DNA of 63,602 nt, filler included. It is 5 parts of 5 records of this genome, joined end to end, with 100 filler letters (N's around TTAATTAATTAA, not from the genome) between each part and the next. Parts side by side here need not be neighbours in the genome. Positions count along the whole stretch, not along the records: positions 6,716 to 22,772 come from SRR31156797_21452; 4 more parts are not named here. The stretch is one strand, 5' to 3'. The notes under the pieces are model-generated. The model was not told the origin of the DNA. It searched no databases and saw nothing but the letters and a program-made list of their open reading frames with translations. Each line of letters starts with the position of its first letter. Within the stretch, counting starts at the first letter, position 1. Of the stretch, positions 9,118 through 19,076 are shown piece after piece. The translations under genes and the position numbers were made by a program.

Positions 9118-11586
9118 TTATTTCATTGGTACTTTTATCGTAAAAGTCGTTCCCTTACCGGGTTCAGATTTCACATTTATTTGTCCGTTATGGTCTTCAA
9201 TTATTCCGTGGACAATGGATAAACCAATACCGGTTCCTATACCAACAGGTTTTGTGGTATAGAAAGGGTCAAATATTTTAGCTACAGTTTGCTCATCCAT
9301 TCCATGGCCGGTATCAGATATTTTAAATTGGAATAGTTCTTTTTGTTTGTTTACTTCTGTTTTAATCTTAATTGTTCCTTTATCTTCTATAGCTTGGATG
9401 GCATTTAGGGTTATGTTTAAAATTACCTGACCTAATTTTCCGGGGTAACACAATAACTCTATTTGTGGAGCAAGATCCAGCTCAATTTCAATTCGGTTTT
9501 TGTATTTGTTTCTGAGTATTACCAGCGTTGAATCTATTATTTCCTGTATATTGGCTATTGTTTTTTCTTCATTATCTAACCTCGAGAATGTGCGTAACCC
9601 TTTAATAATTTCTGTAGTTCTGGTTATCCCATTTTGAATAGGTTGCATCAGTTTTGGAATATTTGTCATTGCTCTGTCAACACGATAGTTTTCTCTCAAT
9701 TTTTTTATTACCGGCTTACAAGTACCATTTTCTTTGTCCACGCATTTCAAGTCCCTTTGTTTCACATATTCAATTAAATCATCCAACGCCATTTTTAATC
9801 CCACAACACCATTGCTAATGAAATTAATAGGGTTATTAATCTCGTGTGCAATACCTGAGGTTAACACCCCAATTGAGGCCATTTTTTCGCTCTGAATTAA
9901 TTGGGATTGGGTAGTTCGTAAGGTTTCCAGGGCTTCTTGTAATTCTTCTTTTTGAGATTCTAATTCCTTGTTAATTTCACTTAAATAATCGTTTGATATT
10001 AGCAGTTCACTATTTAATGCGGTAATCTCTTCAGTTCGTTTTTTTACCTCTAATTCAAGGTCTCGTTGATGGGCCTCCAGTTTTTTTCGGAGCTCTTTTT
10101 CAGCGGTTAAATCATATGAATAAACTACATATCCTTTAATTTTTTTATGTACTTTGTATGGAGACCATATCGCTTTGATATGTTTGATTTGATTTTCATA
10201 TTCTACATCAATCTCTTTTTCAACTACTTTACCTTTTTTTATGTCGTCAATAGGAGCTACTTTAAAATGTTCTACAAGTTTTTGGTCGGGAAAACTATTT
10301 AATTCTTTCGAAGTTAAATCGCCCCAACGTTTTTTCGAAAAACCACTTTGGGCTATAATAGTACCTTCAAAATCAATAACCCACATTTCTGTTGATGTTG
10401 AATCAATAACTGAACGCAAAACAGACTCTCTTTCAATCAACTCATTTTTTAATAGTATTCTATCGGTAATGTCTCTTATAACTCCTTGAATTATAGTTTC
10501 TTTGTTTGCTGATTTAATCCTTTTAATTTTTGCATCACCATAGCGAATATCTCCTGATTTGTGTTTCCATCTAAATTCAAGGCTATCGTTATGTTTACTT
10601 GAAGTTATTTTACGAAAAATGACAACCATAGTATTATAATCCTGAAACATTAAGGTAGGAATCTTAGTGAAATGTTTGTTTATAAAATCACTTTCTTCGA
10701 AACCGGTCATTGCAACAAATGCTGAATTTACAGATAAAATAGTGCCGGTTTTAGTTAAAGTGATGATTCCATCTGGAGATAATTCAACAATATTTCGATA
10801 TTTTTCTTCGCTTTCAGAAACTTTGAATAGTGCATTTTTATTATCATCAATATCTCTAATTATAGCTTGGTGAAGTCCTTCTTCTTTTCCTGGAATTTTA
10901 CTAAGGGAAACTTCCGCGTAAAAAGGAGTTCCATCAGCTTTTAAATGGACCCATTCAAAAAATTGTGGTTTTCCTTCAAGGCATTTGTTGATTAATTCCT
11001 TGGCAGCTTTTTCAGACAATCTGCCGTCAGGTTGTTTGTGAGGGTTTAAATTATTGAATGATTTAATGAAATCAGGATCATTCCTTGCTCCATAGATATC
11101 AAGTGCCTTGTCGTTAAATTCTAATAATTGGTTATAATTGTAAATGAGGATAGCATCATTTGAGTTTTCGAATAGAAGTTTATATCTCGATTCTTGTTCT
11201 TCTTGCTGTTTTTGAGCTTTTTTTAGTTCTGTTATATCCTCTACAATACCAATATTATTGAATTTATTTAAGTCTTCGTTCCAAAATGGTCGAATTGATA
11301 AACGTACATCAATTACTGATTGATTTTTTTTCTTAAAGCGGTATTCAAAAATGGATAGCTCCTTTTTCCCTTCAATGGTTTGGAGCATTTCGTGTCTCAT
11401 TTCAGGCTTTTCGTATAAATCGTTTTCTAGTGATTCAATGTGATTAAATACGTCTTCTTTAGATTCATATCCAAGTATACGAACTAATTCATTATTTAAA
11501 TCCAGAAATTTCCCTTCAGGTGTGGTTTCGAAAATACCAATTGGGGCATTTTCAAATAAACGCTCTATTTGTTTGAAATGATCCAT
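9118..11586 (-). CDS. Multi-PAS cytoplasmic sensor histidine kinase (NtrB-like)
   Basis: Several PAS/PAC repeats, H-box SGIAHEINNP, DTGHGM, FDPFYTTK, GTGIGL; abuts the response regulator. Confidence 0.93.
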   Translation of the reverse strand: MDHFKQIERLFENAPIGIFETTPEGKFLDLNNELVRILGYESKEDVFNHIESLENDLYEKPEMRHEMLQTIEGKKELSIFEYRFKKKNQSVIDVRLSIRPFWNEDLNKFNNIGIVEDITELKKAQKQQEEQESRYKLLFENSNDAILIYNYNQLLEFNDKALDIYGARNDPDFIKSFNNLNPHKQPDGRLSEKAAKELINKCLEGKPQFFEWVHLKADGTPFYAEVSLSKIPGKEEGLHQAIIRDIDDNKNALFKVSESEEKYRNIVELSPDGIITLTKTGTILSVNSAFVAMTGFEESDFINKHFTKIPTLMFQDYNTMVVIFRKITSSKHNDSLEFRWKHKSGDIRYGDAKIKRIKSANKETIIQGVIRDITDRILLKNELIERESVLRSVIDSTSTEMWVIDFEGTIIAQSGFSKKRWGDLTSKELNSFPDQKLVEHFKVAPIDDIKKGKVVEKEIDVEYENQIKHIKAIWSPYKVHKKIKGYVVYSYDLTAEKELRKKLEAHQRDLELEVKKRTEEITALNSELLISNDYLSEINKELESQKEELQEALETLRTTQSQLIQSEKMASIGVLTSGIAHEINNPINFISNGVVGLKMALDDLIEYVKQRDLKCVDKENGTCKPVIKKLRENYRVDRAMTNIPKLMQPIQNGITRTTEIIKGLRTFSRLDNEEKTIANIQEIIDSTLVILRNKYKNRIEIELDLAPQIELLCYPGKLGQVILNITLNAIQAIEDKGTIKIKTEVNKQKELFQFKISDTGHGMDEQTVAKIFDPFYTTKPVGIGTGIGLSIVHGIIEDHNGQINVKSEPGKGTTFTIKVPMK

Positions 11587-11644
11587 TCAATTTTTTTAAG
11601 AAAATCTAATTTACAAAATTGAAAGGATATACTGCAATATTATC

Positions 11645-13177
11645 TTATAGATGCCTTTTTTTTCTTCGTCTTTTTCTGTAAAGAATGAAACCACTTATAA
11701 CTACCAATATGGAAATAATTCCGGTTAAGGGTACGATTAGTATATAAAAATCACTTAATAAAGCACTAAAAATTCGTCCGGTATGTAATTCAAGCGCAAA
11801 GTTCCAAAGTGATATAGGAGAACTTTCTTTAATGCTTTCAGGCATTAGTGGGAATTTGTCTGAATGCCATAATGTTTGCACACCTTTGTCGTAATCAACC
11901 ATAAATAAGTTACCTGAATTGTGTCTGATGATACCCGATGTGGCAAATTGACCAACTGGTCTTCCCAAAGGCATACCTTTGTATAATTGACCTTTAGCAT
12001 AATCAAATATTTCAGGATGAGCAGGATGCCATAAAAATAGGCCACTGAATGAGCCAATTAAGTAAGCGCCTTCTTTAAATGGCTCAAGTACAGTTATTCC
12101 CATCACACTTAATGGGGGTTGGTATTTAAATTTTTCTGGTTTATCCTTGTTAAAATTTGTTCTGAAAAGTCCTTCGGATGTACCAAGAACAAACAGTTTG
12201 CGATTTTTATCATAATGTAGATCTCTTAATTTATCGTACCATGGATTAGGTTGGTCCAGATGAGTATATTTGATTGGTGAAACTTTTACATTGGCTATTG
12301 GAATAAGTAATGGGGGACGCAAAAACATGCCACTCAAAAACAAGATTATTAAGAAAATAATAAGCCAGTTTCCTGTATTATTATGCCACTTTAATGACCA
12401 CTTGTTGATTTTGGCTATTTTTTTCGCTGATTTACCTTTACGCTTTCGTTTTTTAATCCATCCCGGAAAGAAAAAGAAAATAATACCTGTTAAGGATATA
12501 AAAATTGTGATAATGCCCAGCAAATCTGTGATTAGTTTTCCAGGCAATCCAAAAATTTCACCGGAATGTATCTGCCATAAAATTTCAAATAGTGTTACTT
12601 CTTTTTTATAACCATTAGGTGCAGCCATTTCGTGGTGTTTCAATTTAGTTTCTACTCCTTTATCTTCACCTTTATAAAAATTGGAGCGGTTTATAGCAAA
12701 TACTGAATCATTTTTGCTTTGAATACCTACAAATTGATTTGATTTACTGTCAACTTTAAGCTTCTTCCAAATATTACATGTCCAATTATAAGCATATAAA
12801 CCTGTTAGTGTTCCAGCATATAGGTTTCCATTTTTAGTTAAATGCAAGTCATAAATTTTACGGTTGTCAATGCCTTTGGGAAATCCCTGATTGAATGACT
12901 TGAAGTTATTAAAGGTGGTATCTGTGAGCCATATACCAATATTGCCGTAGATCAATATACTGTCATGGCCAATGGTTAAGTTTCCCTTCAGCGCAGCAAG
13001 GTTCCAGTTCTTATATTGATAGTTTTCAGGGAGGTACTTTCTTGGGATATCAATGCCGGAAATAACATTCCTGTGATTCATTAATATGCCGGAAACAGCA
13101 AAATAAATTAGTATGAATGCAATGATAAGGCCAGGCCATTTATGGAGCCTTTTGAATATTTTTTTTGATTTGCTCAT
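11645..13177 (-). CDS. PepSY-associated TM helix domain membrane protein
   Basis: LHKWPGL..SGILMNH, QIHSGE, LKWHN, LELHTGR His-bearing TM motifs. Confidence 0.85.
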   Translation of the reverse strand: MSKSKKIFKRLHKWPGLIIAFILIYFAVSGILMNHRNVISGIDIPRKYLPENYQYKNWNLAALKGNLTIGHDSILIYGNIGIWLTDTTFNNFKSFNQGFPKGIDNRKIYDLHLTKNGNLYAGTLTGLYAYNWTCNIWKKLKVDSKSNQFVGIQSKNDSVFAINRSNFYKGEDKGVETKLKHHEMAAPNGYKKEVTLFEILWQIHSGEIFGLPGKLITDLLGIITIFISLTGIIFFFFPGWIKKRKRKGKSAKKIAKINKWSLKWHNNTGNWLIIFLIILFLSGMFLRPPLLIPIANVKVSPIKYTHLDQPNPWYDKLRDLHYDKNRKLFVLGTSEGLFRTNFNKDKPEKFKYQPPLSVMGITVLEPFKEGAYLIGSFSGLFLWHPAHPEIFDYAKGQLYKGMPLGRPVGQFATSGIIRHNSGNLFMVDYDKGVQTLWHSDKFPLMPESIKESSPISLWNFALELHTGRIFSALLSDFYILIVPLTGIISILVVISGFILYRKRRRKKRHL

Positions 13178-13234
13178 TGGTTGTAAGTATTACTATATAA
13201 CTTATTACTACCAATGAATATGAAGCTTTAATAT

Positions 13235-13651
13235 CTAATTTTTATCATACTTTATGCCCAGTGTAATGTAGGCTTCTATAATTTTAGGATTATTTTGATC
13301 AGGATATCTTAATCCTTCTTTTATAACATGCATATCATGCATGGATACTTCATAATCATTGGGATCAGCATCTGAAGTATCTGAATGCATTTTTTGGAGT
13401 TTTATTAATGAATCAGCCAGTTTTTTCTTTGCCATCAGCATCACTTTTTGCTGTAAAATATTAAGCCTGTCTCTATTTCCTTTCAAAGAAACTGTAACAA
13501 TTACAGAGTCCGGAGCTGATTGTGCTTCAATTTTCTCATCAACTTTTTTCTGATTATCTGGTTGAGGTTGTTTTTTCCTCTCACCGCAACTCAAAACTAA
13601 AAATGTGGCGAGAATAAATATAATAAATGAAAAAGTTTTGTTGAATTTCAT
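13235..13651 (-). CDS. Hypothetical lipoprotein
   Basis: Signal peptide with lipobox VLSC. Confidence 0.6.
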   Translation of the reverse strand: MKFNKTFSFIIFILATFLVLSCGERKKQPQPDNQKKVDEKIEAQSAPDSVIVTVSLKGNRDRLNILQQKVMLMAKKKLADSLIKLQKMHSDTSDADPNDYEVSMHDMHVIKEGLRYPDQNNPKIIEAYITLGIKYDKN

Positions 13652-13730
13652 ATAATAAAATTTTCATCCAATATACATAAAATATGCTTCAGTTGCTTCT
13701 ACAAATAAATCAGAAAAAAAGATGCGATAG

Positions 13731-13746
13731 TGTAACATATGATACA
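13731..13746. promoter_or_regulatory. Crp/Fnr-family (HcpR-like) binding site
   Basis: TGTAAC-ATAT-GATACA near-perfect palindrome upstream of cupin-ferredoxin-nrfHA. Confidence 0.5.
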
Positions 13747-13792
13747 GTTTATACTTTCGGATTAGGGTAATTTTAGATTAAAATTAGAAAAC

Positions 13793-14119
13793 ATGGAAAT
13801 AAATTATTGGAAAGAAAAATCAATTATTGAAAATCCTCATAATCTGGATGCCAGGGAAGTGTATCATCACAAATATGCGCAAATAATGCATATGCAATTG
13901 AATCCCGGGCAAATTGTGGAACCACATTCATCTCCTGTTGACATTGTATTTGTGATACTTGAAGGTGAAGTAGAAATCCAGATAGATCAGGAAGAGCAAA
14001 TAGTAAAAAAAGATGCTGTTATTCACAGTCCTGCAAATCTTTTGCATGGCTTGAAAAATGACTCTAAGGATGTTGTTAGAATTATGGTGATAAAGACCCC
14101 TAGTCCGATTAAATTTTGA
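13793..14119 (+). CDS. Cupin domain protein
   Basis: LNPGQIVEPHS..VILEGEVEI..PANLLHGLKN cupin motifs. Confidence 0.88.
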   Translation: MEINYWKEKSIIENPHNLDAREVYHHKYAQIMHMQLNPGQIVEPHSSPVDIVFVILEGEVEIQIDQEEQIVKKDAVIHSPANLLHGLKNDSKDVVRIMVIKTPSPIKF

Positions 14120-14168
14120 AACCCAAACATTTTGTAGTATTTTATATGATTAAGAATAGGAGGTAATT

Positions 14169-14360
14169 ATGAGTATTAAAAAAGCTTGGATTGAAGACGG
14201 ATGTACAGCTTGCGGAATTTGTGAGGAAGTATGTCCGGATGTATTTAAAGTTAATGATGAAGCCGAAGTAGTTGAAGGTGCTGATTTAAATGCAAATGAG
14301 GGTTGCATTAAAGAAGCTGCCGAAGAATGCCCGGTGGAAGTAATTAAATACGAAGAGTAA
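14169..14360 (+). CDS. Single-cluster [4Fe-4S] ferredoxin
   Basis: CTACGICEEVCP...EAAEECP; GGAGG RBS. Confidence 0.92.
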   Translation: MSIKKAWIEDGCTACGICEEVCPDVFKVNDEAEVVEGADLNANEGCIKEAAEECPVEVIKYEE

Positions 14361-14362
14361 TA

Positions 14363-14402
14363 AAAAAAGGGTGAGAAACGCACTTGCTTTCTCATCCTTT
14401 TT
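14363..14402 (+). terminator. Intrinsic terminator-like hairpin between ferredoxin and nrfH
   Basis: AAAAAGGGTGAGAAA...TTTCTCATCCTTTTT. Confidence 0.65.
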
Positions 14403-14418
14403 AAATAAAAATGAATAT

Positions 14419-15000
14419 ATGAAAAACCCATTTCGAAAGTTTATCCCACCACCCGCATGGCGAGTGCCGGTTATTGTGCTTGGTGGCATTTTCGCAGGAG
14501 CTTTCTTTTATACTCTTTATATTTCTAAAGCTCACTCGTACCTTTCGGATGATCCCGCGACATGTGTGAATTGCCATATAATGGCTCCTCAGTTTGCATC
14601 TTGGGAACATAGTTCTCACCGTGAGCATACTGATTGCAATAGCTGTCATGTTCCTCATGACAATGTATTTCGTAAGTACTTTTTTAAAGCACAAGATGGA
14701 TTACGACATGCTACAATTTTTACAATGAGGGCAGAACCACAGGTCATCAGAATTAAAGAGCAAGGAGCAAATGTGGTACAAGAAAATTGTATCAGATGCC
14801 ATAGCGATTTGGTAACAGACCATAAATTGCTGGCTCAAACGCAGGATTATCAATTTTTCAGACAAGAGCGAAAATGCTGGGAATGTCACCAAAATGTTCC
14901 TCATGGTGATGTACGGAGTATTTCAAGTAGTCCCAATGCAAGAGTTCCGGTACCACCAAGTCCGGTGCCAGATTGGTTGAAAACATTAATTAATGACTAA
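14419..15000 (+). CDS. nrfH: Cytochrome c nitrite reductase small subunit NrfH
   Basis: N-terminal TM; four CxxCH (CVNCH, CNSCH, CIRCH, CWECH); ATG 14419 preferred over GTG 14371, which lies in the hairpin. Confidence 0.95.
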   Translation: MKNPFRKFIPPPAWRVPVIVLGGIFAGAFFYTLYISKAHSYLSDDPATCVNCHIMAPQFASWEHSSHREHTDCNSCHVPHDNVFRKYFFKAQDGLRHATIFTMRAEPQVIRIKEQGANVVQENCIRCHSDLVTDHKLLAQTQDYQFFRQERKCWECHQNVPHGDVRSISSSPNARVPVPPSPVPDWLKTLIND

Positions 15001-16564
15001 ATTAAAAAATAAACATATGAGTACTTTAAGTGAAAAAGTGAAAAAAAAGCCATGGCTGGGATGGTTAATATTCTTTGCCAGTATGATCATTGTATTTGTA
15101 TTGGGATTGTTAGCATCCTCAGTGATGGAGCGTAGAGCTGAAGCAGTATTTGCTTATCAGCCAAAAGTGGACCATGAACAATTTGAACCTCGTAACGAAG
15201 TGTGGGGTGAAAATTTTCCTCGTGAATATCAGAGTTTCCTGAAAACAGCTGATACTTCATTTCGAAGTAAGCATAACGGATCTGCCATGGTAGATATGTT
15301 GGAAGAGGATCCACGTTTGGTAGTACTTTGGGCTGGATATGGGTTTTCAAAAGAGTATAACCAGGGACGAGGCCATATGCATGCTGTTGAAGATATACAA
15401 AAGATTTTGAGAACAGGCGCACCGGTTGATGGGAAGAAGAGTCCAATGCCAAATACATGTTGGACATGTAAAAGCCCGGATGTTCCACGCGTTATGCATC
15501 GATACATTGAAGAGGAGGGTGATTTCACAAAAGGTGTTGCAAAGTTTTATAGTGGAAGCTGGGAAGAGTTAGGTCATGAAATAGTGAATCCAATTGGGTG
15601 TGCTGATTGCCATGATGCAGAAACAATGAATTTGCGTATTTCCCGCCCTGCCTTAATTGAGGCTTTTAATCGACAAGGAAAAGACATAACTAAGTCTACA
15701 CATCAGGAAATGCGCATTTTAACATGTGCTCAGTGTCATGTGGAGTATTATTTCAATAAGGAAAAAGTTCCAGGAAGTCCATATCTTACTTTCCCATGGG
15801 ACGGCGGAATGACCATGGAAGCTATGGAGGCTTATTATGACAACATGGAGTTTTCTGATTGGACGCATAAATTGAGTAAAGCACCTATGTTAAAGGCGCA
15901 GCATCCAGATTATGAAATATTTATGACTGGTGTCCATGCAAAACGTGGTGTGGCTTGTGCTGACTGTCATATGCCTTATGTAAGTGAAGGAGGACAGAAA
16001 TTTTCGAGCCATCATATAGTTAGCCCGTTAAAGCATGTGTCTAAAACTTGTCAGGTATGTCACCGCGAAGAAACCGAAAGTTTGGTGCAGGATGTATATG
16101 AAAGGCAGGATAAGATAATTGAGAGCCGCAACCAGTTAGAAAAACTATTAGTAAGGGCTCATGTTGAAGCCAAAAAAGCCTGGGAGCTAGGAGCTACTGA
16201 GGAGCAGATGAAAGAGATTTTAATGGATATCAGACATGGTCAATGGCGTTGGGATTACGTGGCAGCAAGTCATGGAGCTTCATTCCACTCGCCTGTGGAA
16301 AGTGGACGGGTAATTTCAAAAGGAATTACAAAAGCTTCGGAAGCAAGAGTAAAATTGGCTCGATTGTTAGCTGATCTTGGATATAATAAGCCTGTAGAGT
16401 ATCCTGATATTTCAACTAAAGCAAAAGCTCAGAAATATATTGGTTTAGATATGGAGAAACTGAACAGTGAAAAAGAGAAGTTTTTAGAAGAAGTTGTGGA
16501 TGTTTGGCTTGAAAAGGCAAAAGAAAGGGAGGCTAAATATTCAGTAAAAAAATTGAATCAATAA
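14993..16564 (+). CDS. nrfA: Ammonia-forming cytochrome c nitrite reductase NrfA
   Basis: CWTCK Lys-ligated heme motif plus four CxxCH; KAQHPDYE; alternative start at 15017. Confidence 0.97.
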   Translation: MTKLKNKHMSTLSEKVKKKPWLGWLIFFASMIIVFVLGLLASSVMERRAEAVFAYQPKVDHEQFEPRNEVWGENFPREYQSFLKTADTSFRSKHNGSAMVDMLEEDPRLVVLWAGYGFSKEYNQGRGHMHAVEDIQKILRTGAPVDGKKSPMPNTCWTCKSPDVPRVMHRYIEEEGDFTKGVAKFYSGSWEELGHEIVNPIGCADCHDAETMNLRISRPALIEAFNRQGKDITKSTHQEMRILTCAQCHVEYYFNKEKVPGSPYLTFPWDGGMTMEAMEAYYDNMEFSDWTHKLSKAPMLKAQHPDYEIFMTGVHAKRGVACADCHMPYVSEGGQKFSSHHIVSPLKHVSKTCQVCHREETESLVQDVYERQDKIIESRNQLEKLLVRAHVEAKKAWELGATEEQMKEILMDIRHGQWRWDYVAASHGASFHSPVESGRVISKGITKASEARVKLARLLADLGYNKPVEYPDISTKAKAQKYIGLDMEKLNSEKEKFLEEVVDVWLEKAKEREAKYSVKKLNQ

Positions 16565-16585
16565 ATAGAACGTTTTTCGAATTAA

Positions 16586-16616
16586 AAAGGCCACTTGAAA
16601 TTTTCAAGTGGCCTTT
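16586..16616. terminator. Intrinsic terminator after nrfA (probably bidirectional)
   Basis: AAAGGCCACTTGAAA-T-TTTCAAGTGGCCTTT perfect stem. Confidence 0.8.
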
Positions 16617-16691
16617 ACTCTAGCGATAATAGAGACAAAATCTTAATCTAAAAACCAAATATATGTTTTTACGAAAAAATAGTTTCTGCTA

Positions 16692-16952
16692 TTAGCGGTC
16701 ATTGAATTCGCGACGTGGGCGAGCTTCATTGACAATCATTTTACGACCTTCATACTCTGATTCGTGCAGAGCTTCCATAGCGGCGCGTGCTTCAGCATCG
16801 TCTGGCATTTCTACAAAAGCGAAACCTTTGCTGCGTCCACTCATTTTGTCATTGATGATTTTAACTGATTCAACCTGTCCATAATCTTCAAAAATTGCTT
16901 TCAGGTCATCCTCTTTAATTCTGTAATTTAAATTACCTACGTAAATGTTCAT
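16692..16952 (-). CDS. RRM (RNP) RNA-binding protein, Bacteroidota RbpA/B-like
   Basis: RNP2 IYVGNL, RNP1 KGFAFVEM, VNEARPR. Confidence 0.95.
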   Translation of the reverse strand: MNIYVGNLNYRIKEDDLKAIFEDYGQVESVKIINDKMSGRSKGFAFVEMPDDAEARAAMEALHESEYEGRKMIVNEARPRREFNDR

Positions 16953-16988
16953 TGTGAAAAAATTTAATTAAAAAAAGAAATGTAAAAT

Positions 16989-17044
16989 CTCGGAACAAAC
17001 ACACTAAAGAAATAAACCCCAGGGCGGGCGTTCCGTATAGAGAC
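16989..17044 (-). promoter_or_regulatory. Structured 5' UTR hairpin of the RRM gene
   Basis: GC-rich island in AT-rich leader; CGGAACG...UGUUCCG closing stem with inner CUGGGG/CUUUAG pairing; TAATTTGC -7 box near 17093-17100. Confidence 0.45.
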
Positions 17045-17282
17045 ATTTTTGTTTGATAAGTATTTCAAAAAATTAAATAATAATATTCAGTAGCAAATTA
17101 AAGACAAAAGAAATTATTAAACAAAAATATTTTGTGAATAAAATGTCAAAAAGTCCTTAAAAGTCATGTATTTAAGTTAATTTTTTCCATTTAAGATGAA
17201 TTTTAGTTTAATGTTTTGTTATTAATGGAAAACCTAAAGAACACTTTATAGCTTAACAGGTTATATTAGAAAGTATAAGTTT

Positions 17283-18914
17283 ATGTATAGCACATCCATC
17301 AATATTTTTCCGAAGTTAAGTGAGGAACAAATTCATTACTTAAATGATTTTGGAAGTAAAGTAGCTTTTAATCAGGGTGATATAATAATAAATTTGGGAG
17401 AGCGTAACTATGACTTGTTCATTGTTTTAGACGGTAAAATAAATATTCTTGATCCTTACGATAATAATAAATTAATTACCTGTCATGGCCCGGGTGAGTT
17501 TACGGGAGATAGCGATATGCTTTCAGATCGGGCAGCTATGTTTCGTGCTGTGGCAAAAACTGATGGAGAAGCCTTACAAATATCCCATGCACGTTTAAAA
17601 GAAGTGCTGGCGCAAAACTCTGAACTTAATGATTTGTTCGTAAAAGTATTCATTATGCGTAGAGCTGATGTGCTACAAAATCATGCGGGTGGCTATACAC
17701 TTGTGGGATCAAGATATTCAAAGTCAACTTATCACATTAGGGAGTTTTTTTCAAAAAATCATATTCGTTTTACCTGGTTAGACCTGGAGCGTGATAAAGA
17801 AAGCAATGAAATTCTTAGTCGCTTGAATATTCCTATTGAAGATACACCAATAGTAATTGACCCGGATGCCAATGTATATCGTAATCCAAGCCTGGAAGAA
17901 ATTGCCAATTATACCGGTCTTTCGGCTCTTGAATTACAGGACAGATATGATGTTTTAATTGTGGGAGCAGGGCCAGCCGGATTAGCAAGTAGTGTATATG
18001 GAGCATCAGAAGGTTTGAGCGTAATTACAATTGATCAGATTGGTCCGGGTGGACAAGCTGGTAATAGTTCATTAATTGAAAACTACCTTGGATTTCCGAC
18101 AGGATTATCTGGTGCTGAATTGGCCAATCGGGCTTATTTGCAAGCTCAGAAATTTGGCTGTACTATTTCAGTACCATTTATAGCCAAGAAATTGCATTAT
18201 CATGGGAATTATTTTGAGCTGGAACTAAGTAATGGAAATTCCATTAAAGCCTCAAGTGTAATTGCTGCCACTGGTGCAAATTACAGGAACTTAAATGTGC
18301 CCGGTATTGAAAAATACCAGGGAAAAGGTATTTATTATGGAGCCACACCCAATGAAGCAAGGAATTGCAGAGCTGAAGAGGTTGTTGTGATTGGTGGTGG
18401 AAATTCAGCCGGCCAGGCAGCTTTATTTCTGGCAAAATGTGCTGCAAAAGTGCATCTGGTTATAAGGGGAGAAAGCCTGGTGAAAAGTATGTCATCTTAC
18501 CTTATAAATAGGATAGAAAACAATCACAAAATTGAATTACATACACATGAAGAGTTAACAGGTATCGAAGGTGATAAAGTTATTGAGCAGGTTGAGTTCA
18601 GAAATAATAAAACCAATGCTACTAAAAAACTTCGGTTAAGTCATATCTTTTTATTTATTGGTGCAGAACCTGCCAATGAATGGCTTTCGCACCTCGTTTG
18701 TACTGATAATAAAGGGTTTATTATTACAGGTAATGATTTAAATCAGAATCATTTGCAAGATTGGAAATTGAACCGAATGCCTTTTCCATTAGAAACCTGT
18801 ATCCCGGGATTATTTGTTGTGGGAGATTTGAGAAGTGGTTCAACAAAAAGAGTAGCATCAGCAGTAGGTGAAGGGTCAATGGCTATCAGCTATGTACACC
18901 AAATTCTGGCATAA
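17283..18914 (+). CDS. cNMP-binding domain/thioredoxin reductase-like flavoprotein fusion
   Basis: cNMP fold (GPGEFTGD..AMFRAVA), GAGPAG FAD motif, IENYLGFP, GGGNSAGQAA, VVGDLRSGSTKRVASAVGEG. Confidence 0.9.
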   Translation: MYSTSINIFPKLSEEQIHYLNDFGSKVAFNQGDIIINLGERNYDLFIVLDGKINILDPYDNNKLITCHGPGEFTGDSDMLSDRAAMFRAVAKTDGEALQISHARLKEVLAQNSELNDLFVKVFIMRRADVLQNHAGGYTLVGSRYSKSTYHIREFFSKNHIRFTWLDLERDKESNEILSRLNIPIEDTPIVIDPDANVYRNPSLEEIANYTGLSALELQDRYDVLIVGAGPAGLASSVYGASEGLSVITIDQIGPGGQAGNSSLIENYLGFPTGLSGAELANRAYLQAQKFGCTISVPFIAKKLHYHGNYFELELSNGNSIKASSVIAATGANYRNLNVPGIEKYQGKGIYYGATPNEARNCRAEEVVVIGGGNSAGQAALFLAKCAAKVHLVIRGESLVKSMSSYLINRIENNHKIELHTHEELTGIEGDKVIEQVEFRNNKTNATKKLRLSHIFLFIGAEPANEWLSHLVCTDNKGFIITGNDLNQNHLQDWKLNRMPFPLETCIPGLFVVGDLRSGSTKRVASAVGEGSMAISYVHQILA

Positions 18915-19076
18915 AAACAAAGTGGTATGACGAATGCCATACCACTTCTACACACTAAAATAAGCTACTGTATTACGCTATAGTTTCGACTATTAGCGCA
19001 AATAGCCTAAGCCTTTATAATATTTTTAAGCAAAATCGATTTGAGTTGAGTTTTTAATATGGTTCTAATCAATTAA
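18914..19076 (-). ncRNA. Candidate structured small RNA (~160 nt)
   Basis: TATTTTGC -7 box at 19083-19090, hairpin CGCU-A-AUAGU-CGAA-ACUAU-AGCG, terminator AAGUGGUAUG...CAUACCACUU-UGUUUUU; no ORF. Confidence 0.5.
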
